A stretch of DNA of 63,926 nucleotides, filler included, from Choristocarpus tenellus KU-1152 (GCA_964200185.2; 12 parts of 12 records of this genome joined end to end with filler, not necessarily neighbours in it); one strand, 5' to 3'; positions 48,259 through 60,995 are shown, numbered from the whole stretch's first letter. Numbers and translations are program-made. Notes: generated by a model not told the origin, from the sequence alone.

Positions 48259-51101
48259 ACTGTCGATCTCAAACTTGACGGGGAAGAGCTCCTTCATCCC
48301 CTTTGGGACAGCACAAGCACACGACTTGTCCTTCGCGTCAAAGCAATCACACTTGCAACCCAACTCCGCAGGGCAATGGCCGAACCCCCATGTGTTGGAC
48401 ACAGCTGTGTTCAGTAAGATATACATGGGCTCCATGGATATCTGAGCCCCGTTCTTGTCCTGCCCATCAACATTGTGTGTCATCACCAGTTGGAATTTTG
48501 GAAGACAGAGTCACACACACACACACACACACACCAACAAGATGCTACAAGGTCCATGCATTCACTGTAGGTATTCACAATACAAGGCGTTGCTCTTGTT
48601 GGGGATGTGCAATAGGTTTTTGTTTCAGTAGGAGATAGGTTCGGCAGCCTACAATGGGGGCAACCACATCAGACAGTTGTAACTATGAATGTCCAACCTA
48701 TGATCGGAGGGAATGAGGACACTAGGAGAGCACCTGCTCGTGTTGTTCATCTGCATGGGCAGGGTATCAAGGCAATAAATAGTACATCTTGTGTTCAGCA
48801 CCAACTCTAACACTTTGCAATGACATTAAATATGCACAAGGTGGTGTAAGGCTTTAGGGAAGTCATTGATGTCATGCACTGGCTAGTCCACAAGTCAATG
48901 CACAAAAAAAAGGAGCCCTAACAGGAAAGGGGAATATTATTTTTTTTCTTACAATAATATTCTAAAAAAAAAAAGTGTCACAATTCTTGTGTTCGCACTA
49001 AAAACCCATACATATTTCCAGATAATTCAGCACTTCAGTTGCCCAACAAAATGCTGGCAAGGTAGACCAGATAATGCCGAAGCTCGCGGGAAGGTAGCAA
49101 GGGTGATACAGCCTGCACTCAGACATCTTTCAGACCGAGTGTCATGAAGAAAAATAATAAAATGCTAGCGACTGCAGAACGCCTTCAATGTCACACTGAG
49201 CTAAAAAAAAAGAAGCCAAGATCACCGTGTGACCTTTCCAATTCTCTCGACCTCACTTATCAATACCATAAATAGAGTATTTATACAGAGCTGCGCATGA
49301 CCTGTTTTGTGTGTCTCCCTAACTTACCAAGGTCTGGGAGTTGATGCCGTAGACAAACTCATCATCCACATACCATCGGATGTATCCCTCTTCTCCTGGC
49401 TCCCAGTCAACCCGATATGTGTGAAAGCTCCCAAAGTGTGTCTCATGTAGAAGGTGGTTCCCAGAGATCGCATCCGTCCAGTAGCTTTACAACACAACAA
49501 CCAACACCGTGAGCACAGACAGTGGAAGAGGACCAAACAACAAAATATTGATATCTCAAGCAAACCTCACAAGGACTCTCTTGAAACCATCCTAACGAAG
49601 AGGACCAGACAACAAAATATTGATATCTCAAGCAAACCTCACAAGGACTCTCTTGAAACCATCCTAACGAAGAGGACCAGACAACAAAATGTTGATATCT
49701 CAAGCAAACCTCACAAGGACTCTCTTGACCCTAACCCTAACCCTAACGACTCAGTGTTGCCTCGAGTGGTCAACTACAGTGGTCAACTACAGTGCAATCA
49801 AATTTCACATATGATAGGGATACTGCTTGCAAAGGAAAAGGCTAGAACTGAAGTAAAGAGATACAAAATGAATAAAAAAATGTAACAGCAATTCCAGAAG
49901 GTGTCAGTCGGAACAACAGACCACAACACTCCACCAGCTCCTAACTCTTTTTATACCAAAGGCAGAAATCAAGACTCTTGCCCCCCCCCCCCCTCCACTC
50001 CCTCTGGTTTGTCTCATCCCTTCAATCAACGATGTCCTAAGCCCCTAATTGGCACCTCAGTTCAGCTGGTTGGTGGAGGAGGCGTGTACCAAAGAAGAAC
50101 CTGTTGAAGGTAGAGTTTTCCCCATACTCCACATGCTCGTACCAAGTACCTGGGTCTGGGACATTCCCCATTACAGGGCGATTTGTTGCTGTACCAGGTG
50201 CAACCTTTGACATTCAGCACCACCCCAGACAGATGGCATTGTCAAGCAAAATTGATTCAATAAACTCGAAAAGTCTCAGTAGTGTACTCATATTAAGCCA
50301 TTGTTTGTACAAATTAAACCATTGATTGCACAATGCATGGATAGAGTTAATCCTGGTTGGTGATGAAAACCATTGTTGTCGATGGGCCCCCAGCAGAGGA
50401 AAAATAGAAGTAAGGGACTTACACCAACAAGTCTTCTCCTTTTTATCTGTGCATAATAGACACACCATCTCTGGCCATATCTGAGATAGATCTCTAACCC
50501 ATTTTTTCATCAAGAACAAGACGACAAATACGTATGTGACTGAAGAGTTGGAATGTGGTATGTACCCAGAGGGTGGATCCCCAAAGTCTTGCTTGAGGCA
50601 CACTCACAGTGATGGTGATAGATATGAACATGTTTGTCAGTGGCGCTACTGCTCAAAATAGAAACAAAAAAATATCAAATAGGTCTCGAGGCAGGGTTAT
50701 AGGTGGATACGGCTTTGTTACCTCCAGGTACTGAGAGAATGGAAAGGAACAAACAGAAGCAACAATAGCTGCCAACACTATGTACGGAATAGAGAGGGGT
50801 TTTGATTAAATCGGTGGTGTTATGATGAAAACAGAAATAGGAACCGTGTTTCTCCTCAATACCTACCACGTCTCCTACCCAAACCTCGACAGAACTATAA
50901 TACATATTTTGAGGGAATTAGATGCACTATACCTGTGCCAATACGACCACTTCCACAACCCTCAAAACAAACACACACAGTAGAATCAAAAGTGAAATAC
51001 ATCTCAACATACACAGAAACATAAATGCCTTCAAGGGCAGCTCACACCAACACAGAAGGGAGGAGTGGTCTCACCTGGTATGAAGTGGAGACGTAGGGCA
51101 T
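48259..51101 (-). CDS. KRE6/SKN1-like GH16 beta-glucan synthesis-associated protein (putative beta-1,6-transglycosylase), internal exons
   Basis: Exons 51101-51075, 50204-50056, 49484-49328 and 48459-48259 splice in frame to MPYVSTSYQ|VAPG...WYEHVEYG...FFFG...YWTDAISG...HFGSFHTYRVDWEPGEEGYIRWYVDD...|...QISMEPMYILLNTAVSNTWGF..C...C.CDCFD....CAC...FPVKFEIDS. Confidence 0.9.
49527..49728. repeat. 72-bp intronic minisatellite (about 2.8 copies)
   Basis: The anchor caaaatRttg recurs at 49541, 49613 and 49685; units are nearly identical. Confidence 0.95.
49729..49747. repeat. (CCCTAA)3 telomere-type tract ending the minisatellite
   Basis: ccctaaccctaaccctaac directly after the third unit. Confidence 0.9.
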
Positions 51102-51208
51102 CTACACGAGCAAGAGCATCCGATTTGAACATTCATGGTTGTGTGTGGCACGGGAGGGGGGGGGGGGGGGGGGGGGGGGGAAAAGGGGGAGGAACAACTC
51201 TAAATCCA

Positions 51209-51308
51209 NNNNNNNNNNNNNNNNNNNNNNNNNNNNNNNNNNNNNNNNNNNNTTAATTAATTAANNNNNNNNNNNNNNNNNNNNNNNNNNNNNNNNNNNN
51301 NNNNNNNN
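51209..51308. other. Artificial contig linker 9
   Basis: N44-TTAATTAATTAA-N44. Confidence 0.98.
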
Positions 51309-51531
51309 CGCGCGCCCCTTCCCCCCCCCTGGATAATTTTATGTTGTGTGATGTGTTTCTGTGATGAGGAGGCCTTTTGTTTGTGTACTGTGTCTCTTTT
51401 GTGTTTTGTTCTCTTACATTATCACCCTGAAGCCCCTCCACTCGGATGATGTGGCTATCTTACATACCACACCAAGGGAGCGTGAAGGGGAGAAGAGGGA
51501 GCATTGCTACTGCTTAATATTCCATCTTTCC

Positions 51532-51722
51532 GTTCTTGCTGCCTTGCCCTATCTGTTAGCCGTCATCCTTTTCATAAAGCATTTTTTATTTTGTGATGCT
51601 CAAGTAAACTACTCTATAATACGTAACAGTTTTTCTTGTTGCCTTGCCCTATCTGTTAGCCGTTATCCTTTTCATAAAGCATTTTTTATTTTGTGATGCT
51701 CAAGTTAACTACTCTATAATAC
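51532..51722. repeat. 100-bp-period tandem duplication
   Basis: gccttgccctatctgttagccg...actactctataatac at 51541 and 51641, with few mismatches. Confidence 0.9.
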
Positions 51723-52617
51723 ATACCAGGGACATTCCCTGCCACCATCTTAACCCTGCCCGCATTAAGCAGAAAGTAGTTACGACACATAAGAGGAAGG
51801 TTTTCTTTGGCACTAACTACTATCATTATGCAACGCCTGTTTGACTTGGTTTATCTGCATGCATTTTGGCTGGAGATACGTAAGTGTATTTGTGCATGTT
51901 GTATGTGAGGTTCTGTAGTGAGTGGTGTACCAATCGGTGTCAATTAATTCTTCTTCCAAATGAATTCCTCCCGAAAACATGTACTCTGGACAGTGTATAC
52001 TCCGAGTATGTATGTATCAATAATATGTACTTGAAATATTATTGGTTGGCATTTTCCAGAACGTTATTGGCTTGTTGGTTGGCCGGACCGATTCAGTGGA
52101 CAGTCATAGATTTTTTTCATTATATGGACCCAAACCGAATTATGACACATAAAAATACTATTATTAGTGGATATGGCAATCGCAAGACGCTCAGCATACA
52201 AGGAGGGCGAAGCAGCCGCAGGTTGTCATGCGAAAGTATCCATAGCCACCAAAAACACGTGGTGGTGACCCCTGAGTATCGGATTGGTTTTGGGGTCTCG
52301 CCTAGGATGCCGTCCTATTGTTACTGGTGTTGATGCATATCATGTACTCCTGGTGGTGGTTGCATTTTATGGGATACTTGAATTGAATTTTCTTTTTATG
52401 AAACTGTGAATGTGGATGTGCTTTGAAGTATATATTTGCTCCTCCTTGAACAAAACCTTTCCTGTCCTTGATGCTGGACCTTACCTCTGTTTTGTTTTTT
52501 GTGACTTTACTACTGTGCCTTTCTTTTTACTCTCTACTAATAATGTGCCATGTTGAGATACTTGCAATTTCCCTCTTGTTTAATGTGCTTCTCCATTTCT
52601 GATCCTCTTAATGTTAT

Positions 52618-52669
<52 letters not shown>
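52618..52669. repeat. (TAC)n microsatellite
   Basis: About 17 perfect units; similar runs at about 731-753 and 37513-37551. Confidence 0.95.
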
Positions 52670-52670
<1 letters not shown>

Positions 52671-53955
52671 GATTTTCCTCCTACTTCCCCCCCCCCGTAT
52701 TCTACATCATTATTACGTTTTCTGCTCACCCCTGAAGGTGCAACGTATCTCAACTTTGATAGTAGTGTTAACAACGACAAACAAACCTCTGTCCGAACAA
52801 CGGACTTTTTGAAGTAAACGACCGTGACTGTTGTCCTGGAGAACATCCGTAACGGATTGAATTGACTCATCATACACTTGGCAAACAAGAGTGGGGCGTT
52901 GTGGAGCAAACAATGGGACTGAAAGCTGTCATAGACAAGGATGTCTTAGACCAAATATACGACCTCAGTGGTTGTCCAGAACAACAGACGTTTTTATCGA
53001 TTTCTCAGCTCTTCTATTATTTCATACTGAGTAGATTATAAAGATCAACCCATGTTTAAAAGAATAGCAAGAAGGAAGTTATGGTCACTAGTGGAATAAT
53101 AGATTGAACCAAAAGGAACCAATCGTCATTATTCCAGGCACAGACAATGGGCCAAACTAATTGGGAGTTAGGCAGGGTTACATTATAAGGATCCCGAGAA
53201 AGGGCAAAAAGACTCGATATGGTACAGTTGCAGAAAGAGTCTTTGCTTAATTGTGGGGTGGCATAGTGTGTGGAAAGGGGAATATAATTTTTGCGTACAT
53301 TATTGTGCACATAAATCAATAAACAGACTGTATTACACAAGGAAAGAGATACGACTTAGAAAGCAAAAGGGTGCAAACCTGCCTACGTCTCAATTGTTTG
53401 GCTCAACTCAATATATAGCGAAGGGCGCCAACACAACGGACATTATAAAACAAATGGACTTAAGGCATTATAAGAACAGCAGATTTCATGGATAAACCTA
53501 CCCTTGAATGTTGTCTTGGCAATGGATGTAAATAGACCTAAACCCCAAATTTGTCATGAGTAACGGACGTTATTGACTGAATATTACTGAGCATTCAATG
53601 GTAATGCTAGCATTGAGTGTCATGTTTTCCGAGATGTCACTTCTGTATCTCTCTCTACTTTTTGCTTTTTTGTCAGATATATGTTTCTGCTCTCATCATG
53701 TGCGCAACAAGTTGCATGTTGCTTCTTTCTCCACGACATCTACCTGCCAATTGGTTGAGCACTGCTACTACTACCACTACTACTATTGACCAAAAATCCA
53801 TGGCAAGGGTCACGGGATTGTACACTCCCTGTATTAAACTATTTGTCACGATACTCAACTGATGAATATCCACTCAGAATGTCGTCAGAAATATGAAAAA
53901 TCACACCAAGTCGTGTACACCTACTTCCAACATGTACCTACCACCGCCAGTAAGG

Positions 53956-54012
53956 GAGCCAAAGTATCTCAGAGGGTAGAGCCACGTCCATTTGAGGACC
54001 AAAATCCAATGT
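53956..54012. mobile_element. MITE family B terminal segment, interrupted by a family A insertion
   Basis: gagccaaagtatctcagagggtagagccacgtccatttgaggaccaaaatccaatgt matches the first 57 bp or so of the copies at 33370 and 35299. Confidence 0.88.
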
Positions 54013-54066
54013 GACCCAAAGTATCTGGGAGGGGGGGGGGGTCTACACCAGGGTGTCCATTTGGAC
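54013..54066. mobile_element. MITE family A nested in family B, truncated by contig end
   Basis: gacccaaagtatctgggaggggggggggggtctacaccagggtgtccatttggac. Confidence 0.9.
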
Positions 54067-54166
54067 NNNNNNNNNNNNNNNNNNNNNNNNNNNNNNNNNN
54101 NNNNNNNNNNTTAATTAATTAANNNNNNNNNNNNNNNNNNNNNNNNNNNNNNNNNNNNNNNNNNNN
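54067..54166. other. Artificial contig linker 10
   Basis: N44-TTAATTAATTAA-N44. Confidence 0.98.
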
Positions 54167-54325
54167 GTGGCGGCTGTCCATTTCGGGTCGTTTTTTTCAC
54201 ATTGCTATTATTGTGTGATTTGGTTGCATACGTCGGATGGACAATGTAAATGCACTTTTCCTGATTTTGTCCCAAAAGGACACCCTGGTGTAGACTTCCC
54301 CTCCTCCCCCCAGATACTTTGGGTC
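54167..54325. mobile_element. MITE family A, near-full copy at contig start
   Basis: gtggcggctgtccatttcggg ... ggacaccctggtgtagac...ccccccagatactttgggtc; collinear with 57279-57458. Confidence 0.92.
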
Positions 54326-55527
54326 TGTGCTCTTAGGCATGATGAGCAAGCAGATCCATTTTGTGTATGATCTTGTTCATGGGCGAACTCATGCTTGCAG
54401 CAATAATAATTCGAACAATTGGAAATTGATGATGCAGTCAAATATGTTGGAGCACATCGGTGACAACCAGCCCGTTTTTGTACCCCGAACAACTCTTTTG
54501 ATACACCCCAAAAACAGATACTTACTGGGGAACCATCATCTCGGCTGATATCATTTTGAGCCATTTGAGACTGATCATCAACAAGAAGATGGAGGCCGCC
54601 ATACAATATGCTACTGACGTGCGTTTTGTGCGTTTTACTCGCACTGAAACATACCCTCTTTACTGCCCATGAGCTGGCCGCATGTTGCATGTTCCCTTTG
54701 TTGTTGCTATCAGGTTTTGTCGACAATCTCCAGTTGCAATACTCATTGCCTGTGATACTTCGAGCCTTGTGAAGCAGTACTATTGTCTGGGACAAGAAGT
54801 GAATGTTGGCCATGCAGGGTGCTGGAGAGGGCGATCGTTTCACGAAGGTCTGGTTAAATATCTGCATTCTCTGTTTTGCCAATTCCCATCTCTTCACAGA
54901 GATGGTGTTTTAATAAAATGGCATATAGAATGTGGCAATGCATTGGGTAGTAATTGTATCAATGCCTCCACCCATTTCACATTTTGATGGGTGTTGGGGA
55001 AAACATCATCTTCCTTGATTGGCTATTACTGGAAGACTCGGTATACATTGTCTAACAGTGGTATCTCAATGTTTGACAAATCAGAGACTGGGAACCTTCC
55101 TAGTATAATCCCGAGGGAAATCACTTCACTAATGTGCGCTCTCCCCAAGTGGTCCTTCTCAATCTTTGCGCCTGTGTACACCAGACCATGTGCCTGTCTA
55201 CTCTGGTGAAAGAGTTGTATCTGAACGTATAGTATGTCATAATACATATTTAACACCCCAAATACTACGCAAGTCATCGGCCTCATTCACAGTCAACCAA
55301 TACCGTTCTGACGACTGTGTCACTTCTATATTTACTTCCCTGCTTCACATACAGGTATCACAGCACACTATCTTGTACTAATTGAGTTAGAAATTATGTT
55401 TGACTCTTTTTTGTTCAGGGTTTTGACTAGACTCACAATTGTGGGGTTTCCTCTCATATCAAATTAGTAAATAGTTACGATTTATTCGATCCTTGAGACT
55501 TGTTCTGAAGTAGTCTCTACGATTAAT

Positions 55528-55785
55528 GAGTGAAAGTATCTTAGAGGGTACGAGTTTTGCCCTGTTTGTCCATTTATGGCTTGACTTCCCTCGGGGTTTT
55601 TAATGACGTTTTTCTACTCCAAAATATTTCGGAGAAGGTAAATGTATACGTTATGAAAAGGTGTGCCCGGAACAAGGTTATTGACACTTCCTAACAAAAC
55701 ACAATATCCAAAATTACATCAAAATTGCAACATTGGATTTGGACCCCAAATGGACGCGACTCTACCCTCTTAGATACTTCGACTC
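55528..55785. mobile_element. MITE family B, full copy, TSD AAT
   Basis: gagtgaaagtatcttagagggta ... taccctcttagatacttcgactc, flanked by AAT on both sides. Confidence 0.92.
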
Positions 55786-56450
55786 AATTGTAGTAGTGAC
55801 GATGAAGTGGTTGGACCCCCAACGAATGGAGAACCTCGTTATGCTCTGTGTCCATATATGAGCCCCACAAAACCGAACTTATTTACAGAAGTGCACCTTC
55901 TTTCCCCGATGTTGACCATGTCATGGACAGGAACCTCTCAGGCCTGGGGTTTTGAATCACAACGATTCAGTAAACCTGATTTGTTCAGTCCAAGAATAAT
56001 TATACTCTTCAGAACAACAATCGTGATGATGTGTGTATTTGTCAAAATTAAATTTTCCCGCAGGATGAATCAAAGTGGGGGGAGGTCACCAACAGGTTCC
56101 TTGTGAAGAGTAGTCCCCGTTAGCGACCAATCCGTTGAGGACAACCCTTGTGAAACGGAAGAGCCTTCCATACGGTGGTTGATACAATCTGATAATACAG
56201 ACTTCATCCCCCCATTACCCACGCAACTTTTTTTGGCGAGTGTTCACATCTTCACTGTCGTTCTGCAAGCATGGTTTTTGATATGTATAGCGAGTGTGAC
56301 AGATTGTCACACTCGCTATACACGAAACACAAAAAGAAGAGGAATAAATTCGTAAATGAGAATAGGCAGTAACAAAACAAAAACGAAGGAAAGAACGATA
56401 AACGGTGCAAGTAGTGAGAAAAATGTCGAGCCCTAGCAACGGCTACTTGA

Positions 56451-56632
56451 GACCCAAAATATCTGTAGGGGGGTGGGGGTCTACACCAGGGTGTCCATTT
56501 GGCCCAAAATCAGGAAAAGTGCCTTTCTTTACATTATCCATCGGATGTATGCAACCAATCACCCAAATGTCGTGACATGAAAAAATTGACCCCCAATGGA
56601 TAGCCGCCACCCCCCCTCAGATACTTTTAGCC
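56451..56632. mobile_element. MITE family A, full copy, TSD TGA
   Basis: gacccaaaatatctgtaggggggt ... accccccctcagatacttttagcc, flanked by TGA on both sides. Confidence 0.92.
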
Positions 56633-57278
56633 TGAATTTAGTTTGGATAACAACGATCTCCTCTTCCTTCCTGCTGTGCACAAACCCCATAACAGTACAA
56701 TTCATACCTATTTCTCCCACATGATTTTTTCGTGTGGTTCAAGGAGAAAAAGTGCAACCAACCAAACCATTTTCGTTGGGTCGTTTTAAGAATGGGAAAG
56801 TGATCTCAAACATCACAATTCCTGAGCACTTTCTTTAACATAATGAGAAGAGAAGAAGCAGAAGGAATGTTTAGATATTTTTTGTATGTGACCGCCCGAC
56901 CAAACAAAGCAAATACTTTGTCGTAATCCTACTCTTCACTCATGACCCACTTCTTGTAGATCCATCCTCCAACAATTCTCAGCTTGCAGCATCCAACCGG
57001 TGAACCCCTTGTTTCCTTACACATATATCTCTTGCTGTGTCTCCTTCTCGACTCCCCCTTCTCTGTTTTTGGATATCTTTTGATATAGGGTTCAAAGACA
57101 TCTTCATTCTGCTTCAAGTTCATCCTGAAGGGAATTGATGTATAGTAAGTAGGGGGCTCGTGTTTGCAACTAGTGGCAACATGTCAGTAGATTTTGGTCT
57201 TGTGTCAATTGCATTTTATGACATACAAGCAGTACATAGAAAGTTTTCCTTGTTGAGTTCACAATCGTGCGTGGTGCA

Positions 57279-57458
57279 GACCCCAAGTATCTGGGGGGGG
57301 GGGGTGGCGGCTGTTCATTTGGAGTCATTTTTTTCATTTCGCGATTTTTGGGTGATTTGGTTGCATAGGTCGGATGGATAATGTAAATGGACTTATCCTG
57401 ATTTGGGGTCGAATGGACACCCTAGTGTAGACCCCCCCCCCCCCAGATACGTTGGGTC
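57279..57458. mobile_element. MITE family A, full copy (opposite orientation)
   Basis: gaccccaagtatct-G12 ... C13-agatacgttgggtc; flanks TGCA / TGCT (imperfect duplication). Confidence 0.92.
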
Positions 57459-59801
57459 TGCTATAAATAATTTCAAAATCCACTTGGCTTCCAAGTAAAA
57501 CAGATAGGGCTTTAACTACATCATATCACTCACCCCCCTTACGATTATCAACTTCAGACTTCCCTCAAAGAGTACGAGTTTGTATTGCAACATATATATG
57601 ATCGCAAAATGGAAAGTATAACTTATCGTCTAGCATCGGTAAATATTAATTGTCTCAAGATCACTATCAGAAAGATCTTCATTTGGAAATATAACACAAA
57701 TAATATAAAAGAGTTCAACTCTACACAAACAAAACGAACTCATCTCGAAGGATGGAGAGTAGACAAACCAGCAACAATGACTATGAATAAAAACCTCACA
57801 TAGAAGCAAGACATATCTATCTTATGCAGAGACCGGCAATTATGAGTGTGAGAACCTTAAGACCTACCAAAGTATTATCACTCTTGTTTTCTTGCTTAAC
57901 AATAAATCCAATCTTTCGATTCCTCCTTCACATCTAAGGTATCTGTACTCTACAATAAACTTTCATTGATCAAATCAAACATTGTCTTGCTCTAATGTCT
58001 CCCTAACTACGTGAGTAATCGCAAAATTGGGTCATCGCTATCAAAGAAAGCTTGATGTAGCCAAGGCAGTCCATCTGGTAACAGGTCCTTGATGTTGCCC
58101 TTACAACAGCAAGACCGTGACAGGTGTTTGTTGACAATCTCTGTGGGGTAGCGTGCAACACACAAACAATGCATGGGCAGCAGCAGGGAGTATATCGAAT
58201 GCTTCATATGCACCGTTGGCATCTACGATACATAACAATTCAGCACAACCAAAAGGATGCACCTACATTGCCAAGGCTATTATTGAGGGCCCAATCAGGG
58301 ATCCCAGATTTTATTCACTGGACTATATTAGTGGCTCGTGGTTCAACACAAAAAGAGTAACTTGTGTTACAGCTCTCTCCATAACCTTACCTCCACAGGA
58401 TGTGTATCTCCAATCCATAGGCCTATAGATGACGTGGATGATCATACAAAGGCTCCCAGGATACTCCAACAGTCAAGGGGTCCAATTAACAGGTTAATGG
58501 ACGTCAGCTTAGCAGAACAGGGGTATCTTAATGAATCAATAAGCATGAATATGAGAATTGGTATCAGATTAAGAGTAAGTCCTGGGGGTGCTTGAGCCCT
58601 TTGGGATCTGAGTCGTTTGGAGCCGCTTTTAGGATATCTTATCATCATTTACCGTTTTGTTTCTTTAGATTGCAGACGTTGGAATACATCTGAGAACCGT
58701 TGCGACCTTCCCAAGTTACAGATTTTATTCTGTAACTTTTAGCAAATCGTAGTCCCCCCTTTTTGGGGTTCCACAGGCGCGTACATTGCTCGCGTCGGTT
58801 AAAGCACGGGAAGAAATACTCACTTGCACATGAGTAGGTGAAAATAATGTAATGTTGGTATGAGAAGGTTTTACTATTTGCTCTGGTCCAAACTCCATCA
58901 CATATCTCATCAAACCTATGTAATATTTTCAAACTAGTCTACACAGCATTACTATTCCCTTTATACGGGGGCAGTACTGTTGCTTCTAATACTTCTTTTT
59001 TTTCTTTCTTAATCCTCGACTTCTGTTTGTGTGCGTGTACTGATCTTGTTCCAGTTAGTGCTCGTAGTGGATGGATATGATGTCATCACCACTGGATCCG
59101 CACGTCAGGTGTGCGCATCATGGGACTCAAGCCCTTCCCCCACAATACACTACGGTAATTCAGACCTGGAAATGATTTCAACCACCACATGGGAAAGATT
59201 TCATGCTGTGAAGAGAGCAGCAGGTTGTCTACAATGAGGGTTAATAAAGTATAGTCATAAACCAGGGAAACACTTGAGCAAGATGTAAGCGCTTTCCCCT
59301 CTTCCCCTCAAACTCTGTACTAAATTTATTGAGCTGGCTTAAGACTTGCCTTTATAGGTTGGTTTCGTTCAACCCCGCAGAGAACATCGTGTGTCTGCGT
59401 GTGCTTTTTCCCGTCAAGAATATTCAGATATCGATATGTCATCTCTTGCGACATGCATGTGCCAGTGCAGCAGCACACCAAGCTCTACCTACCCAAACTT
59501 CTCGATAAGTAAACAAAGACAGATAATTGCAAATGTGCACCAACTTGCACACGAGGTTCTCCCATTACCCCCAAGCAGCTTTCTTGCGATCAGAGGCGAC
59601 AGCGCTATTGGCCCCAGACTACATCTTTAACTGCCCCGCAGGACACTAGCATACCCTGGTCGAGGCCTACCCAGAGGAACCGACACTATATCACTATCTG
59701 ACGTGAGTATTTTCTTTGTCTCCTCTCATTTGTTCCTTCTCTCTCTCGCCCCATTGCTATTTCTTGTATTATCTGAAGTGCTGACTATTGTACCATTTAA
59801 A

Positions 59802-59975
59802 GACCCAAGTATCTTGGGGGGAGGGGGTCTACACCAGCGTGTCCATTTGGATCAAAATCAGGAAAGTGCATTTACATTATCCATCCGACGTATGCAACCA
59901 AACCACCCAAAAATCGCGACATGAATAAATTGTCTCCAAATGGACAGCAGCCACCAACCCCGGATACTTTGAGCC
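59802..59975. mobile_element. MITE family A, full copy, TSD AAA
   Basis: gacccaagtatcttgggggg ... ccccggatactttgagcc, flanked by AAA on both sides. Confidence 0.9.
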
Positions 59976-60995
59976 AAAGTTTTGTGACACCAAATCTGCT
60001 GTTATTCTCTGAGTGCTTCTGTCTCTCACTGTCGAAACTAATCAGCAACCTTGATAGAAGGAAGGTATATAAGGATGCTGCCTGCTGTCCAGCTCACCTA
60101 TGCGTTTGTTGCCTACAGAACACCTATCACATATGGGTTGCTGATGCAAGTAGAGGAGGAGCATATGTGTAGTTTGGGCATGAGAAAGTGAAATAATTCA
60201 AGTACTCCAGAGTACAATGTTTTTACTCTAGACACTGAATTGTGTTAGCTGAGAACGGAAGTTGAAATAAGAATGGAATGTTAGTCTTCTATCTCATGTT
60301 CGGTCAATCAAACCCACAGAAATACAGCACACACCTGATTGATAGGATAGAATGTTTCCACAAGCTCAAATCTCTCAATCCAGGCCACCTACTGTCAAAT
60401 ATTTCTCTTTCCATACCATGATGTCCACCCTATTGTTTTCCATCATGTAGCACACCCTCACACATTTCACAATACTCCAGAGTATATTCTTACCCTGGTC
60501 GTGTGACCACATATTCCCCTCACGATCCAAAGGTGAAAAAGATATGTCTCTTTCATGGGCAAGTCGAAACATCTACTGCATCTGGTGTATTCATTATCCT
60601 CAAGGCTTACTCAGAGGACAGGAGCATGGTCAGTGACCAGTGTCTCTTTTCATCAAGTACATTGTCGACAGTCAACAACCAGGGCCAAGCCCTTGATTAG
60701 TAAGAATAGAAGAAGAAGAGGTAGTACCGAATGCGGGAGCCTGCCTATGTGATATGAGGGAGTGATTCTACCTGTATGGCTAAAGAAGTACTTATTTATT
60801 TTCACGCTTTGCTTCAAGACCACATTTCCCAGCCCTACTTGTGGACTAACGTTATTCACCAAGTACGTCAGAGGGATGATTCCTGCCACCCACTCATCTC
60901 TACAAAACAGGGATTACTGCCAGGAGTTCAATATATGTTTTGGTGGACAGGTGTGTGTATGTGCAAGTACACGACTGAGAAGCAACAACAATCAT

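Noticed and set aside
49454-49885. 143-aa ORF with 24-aa repeats as a repeat protein, or the 72-bp array as CRISPR
   Set aside because: It lies in an intron of the GH16 gene on the opposite strand. The ORF is a by-product of a stop-free 72-bp unit; there are no unique spacers and no cas genes.
52550-52909. Poly-T, poly-L and poly-S ORFs
   Set aside because: Translations of the (TAC)n microsatellite; the same applies to the poly-V, CVCV and YIYI ORFs elsewhere.
54010-54328. Family A fragments either side of linker 10 as one element with a TGT TSD
   Set aside because: Both fragments carry the same (tctacaccaggg-side) terminus and family B does not resume after 54325, so they are different copies.
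56920-60900. Short ORFs between MITE copies as genes
   Set aside because: Stop-broken, with no consistent splice phases and no recognisable motifs.
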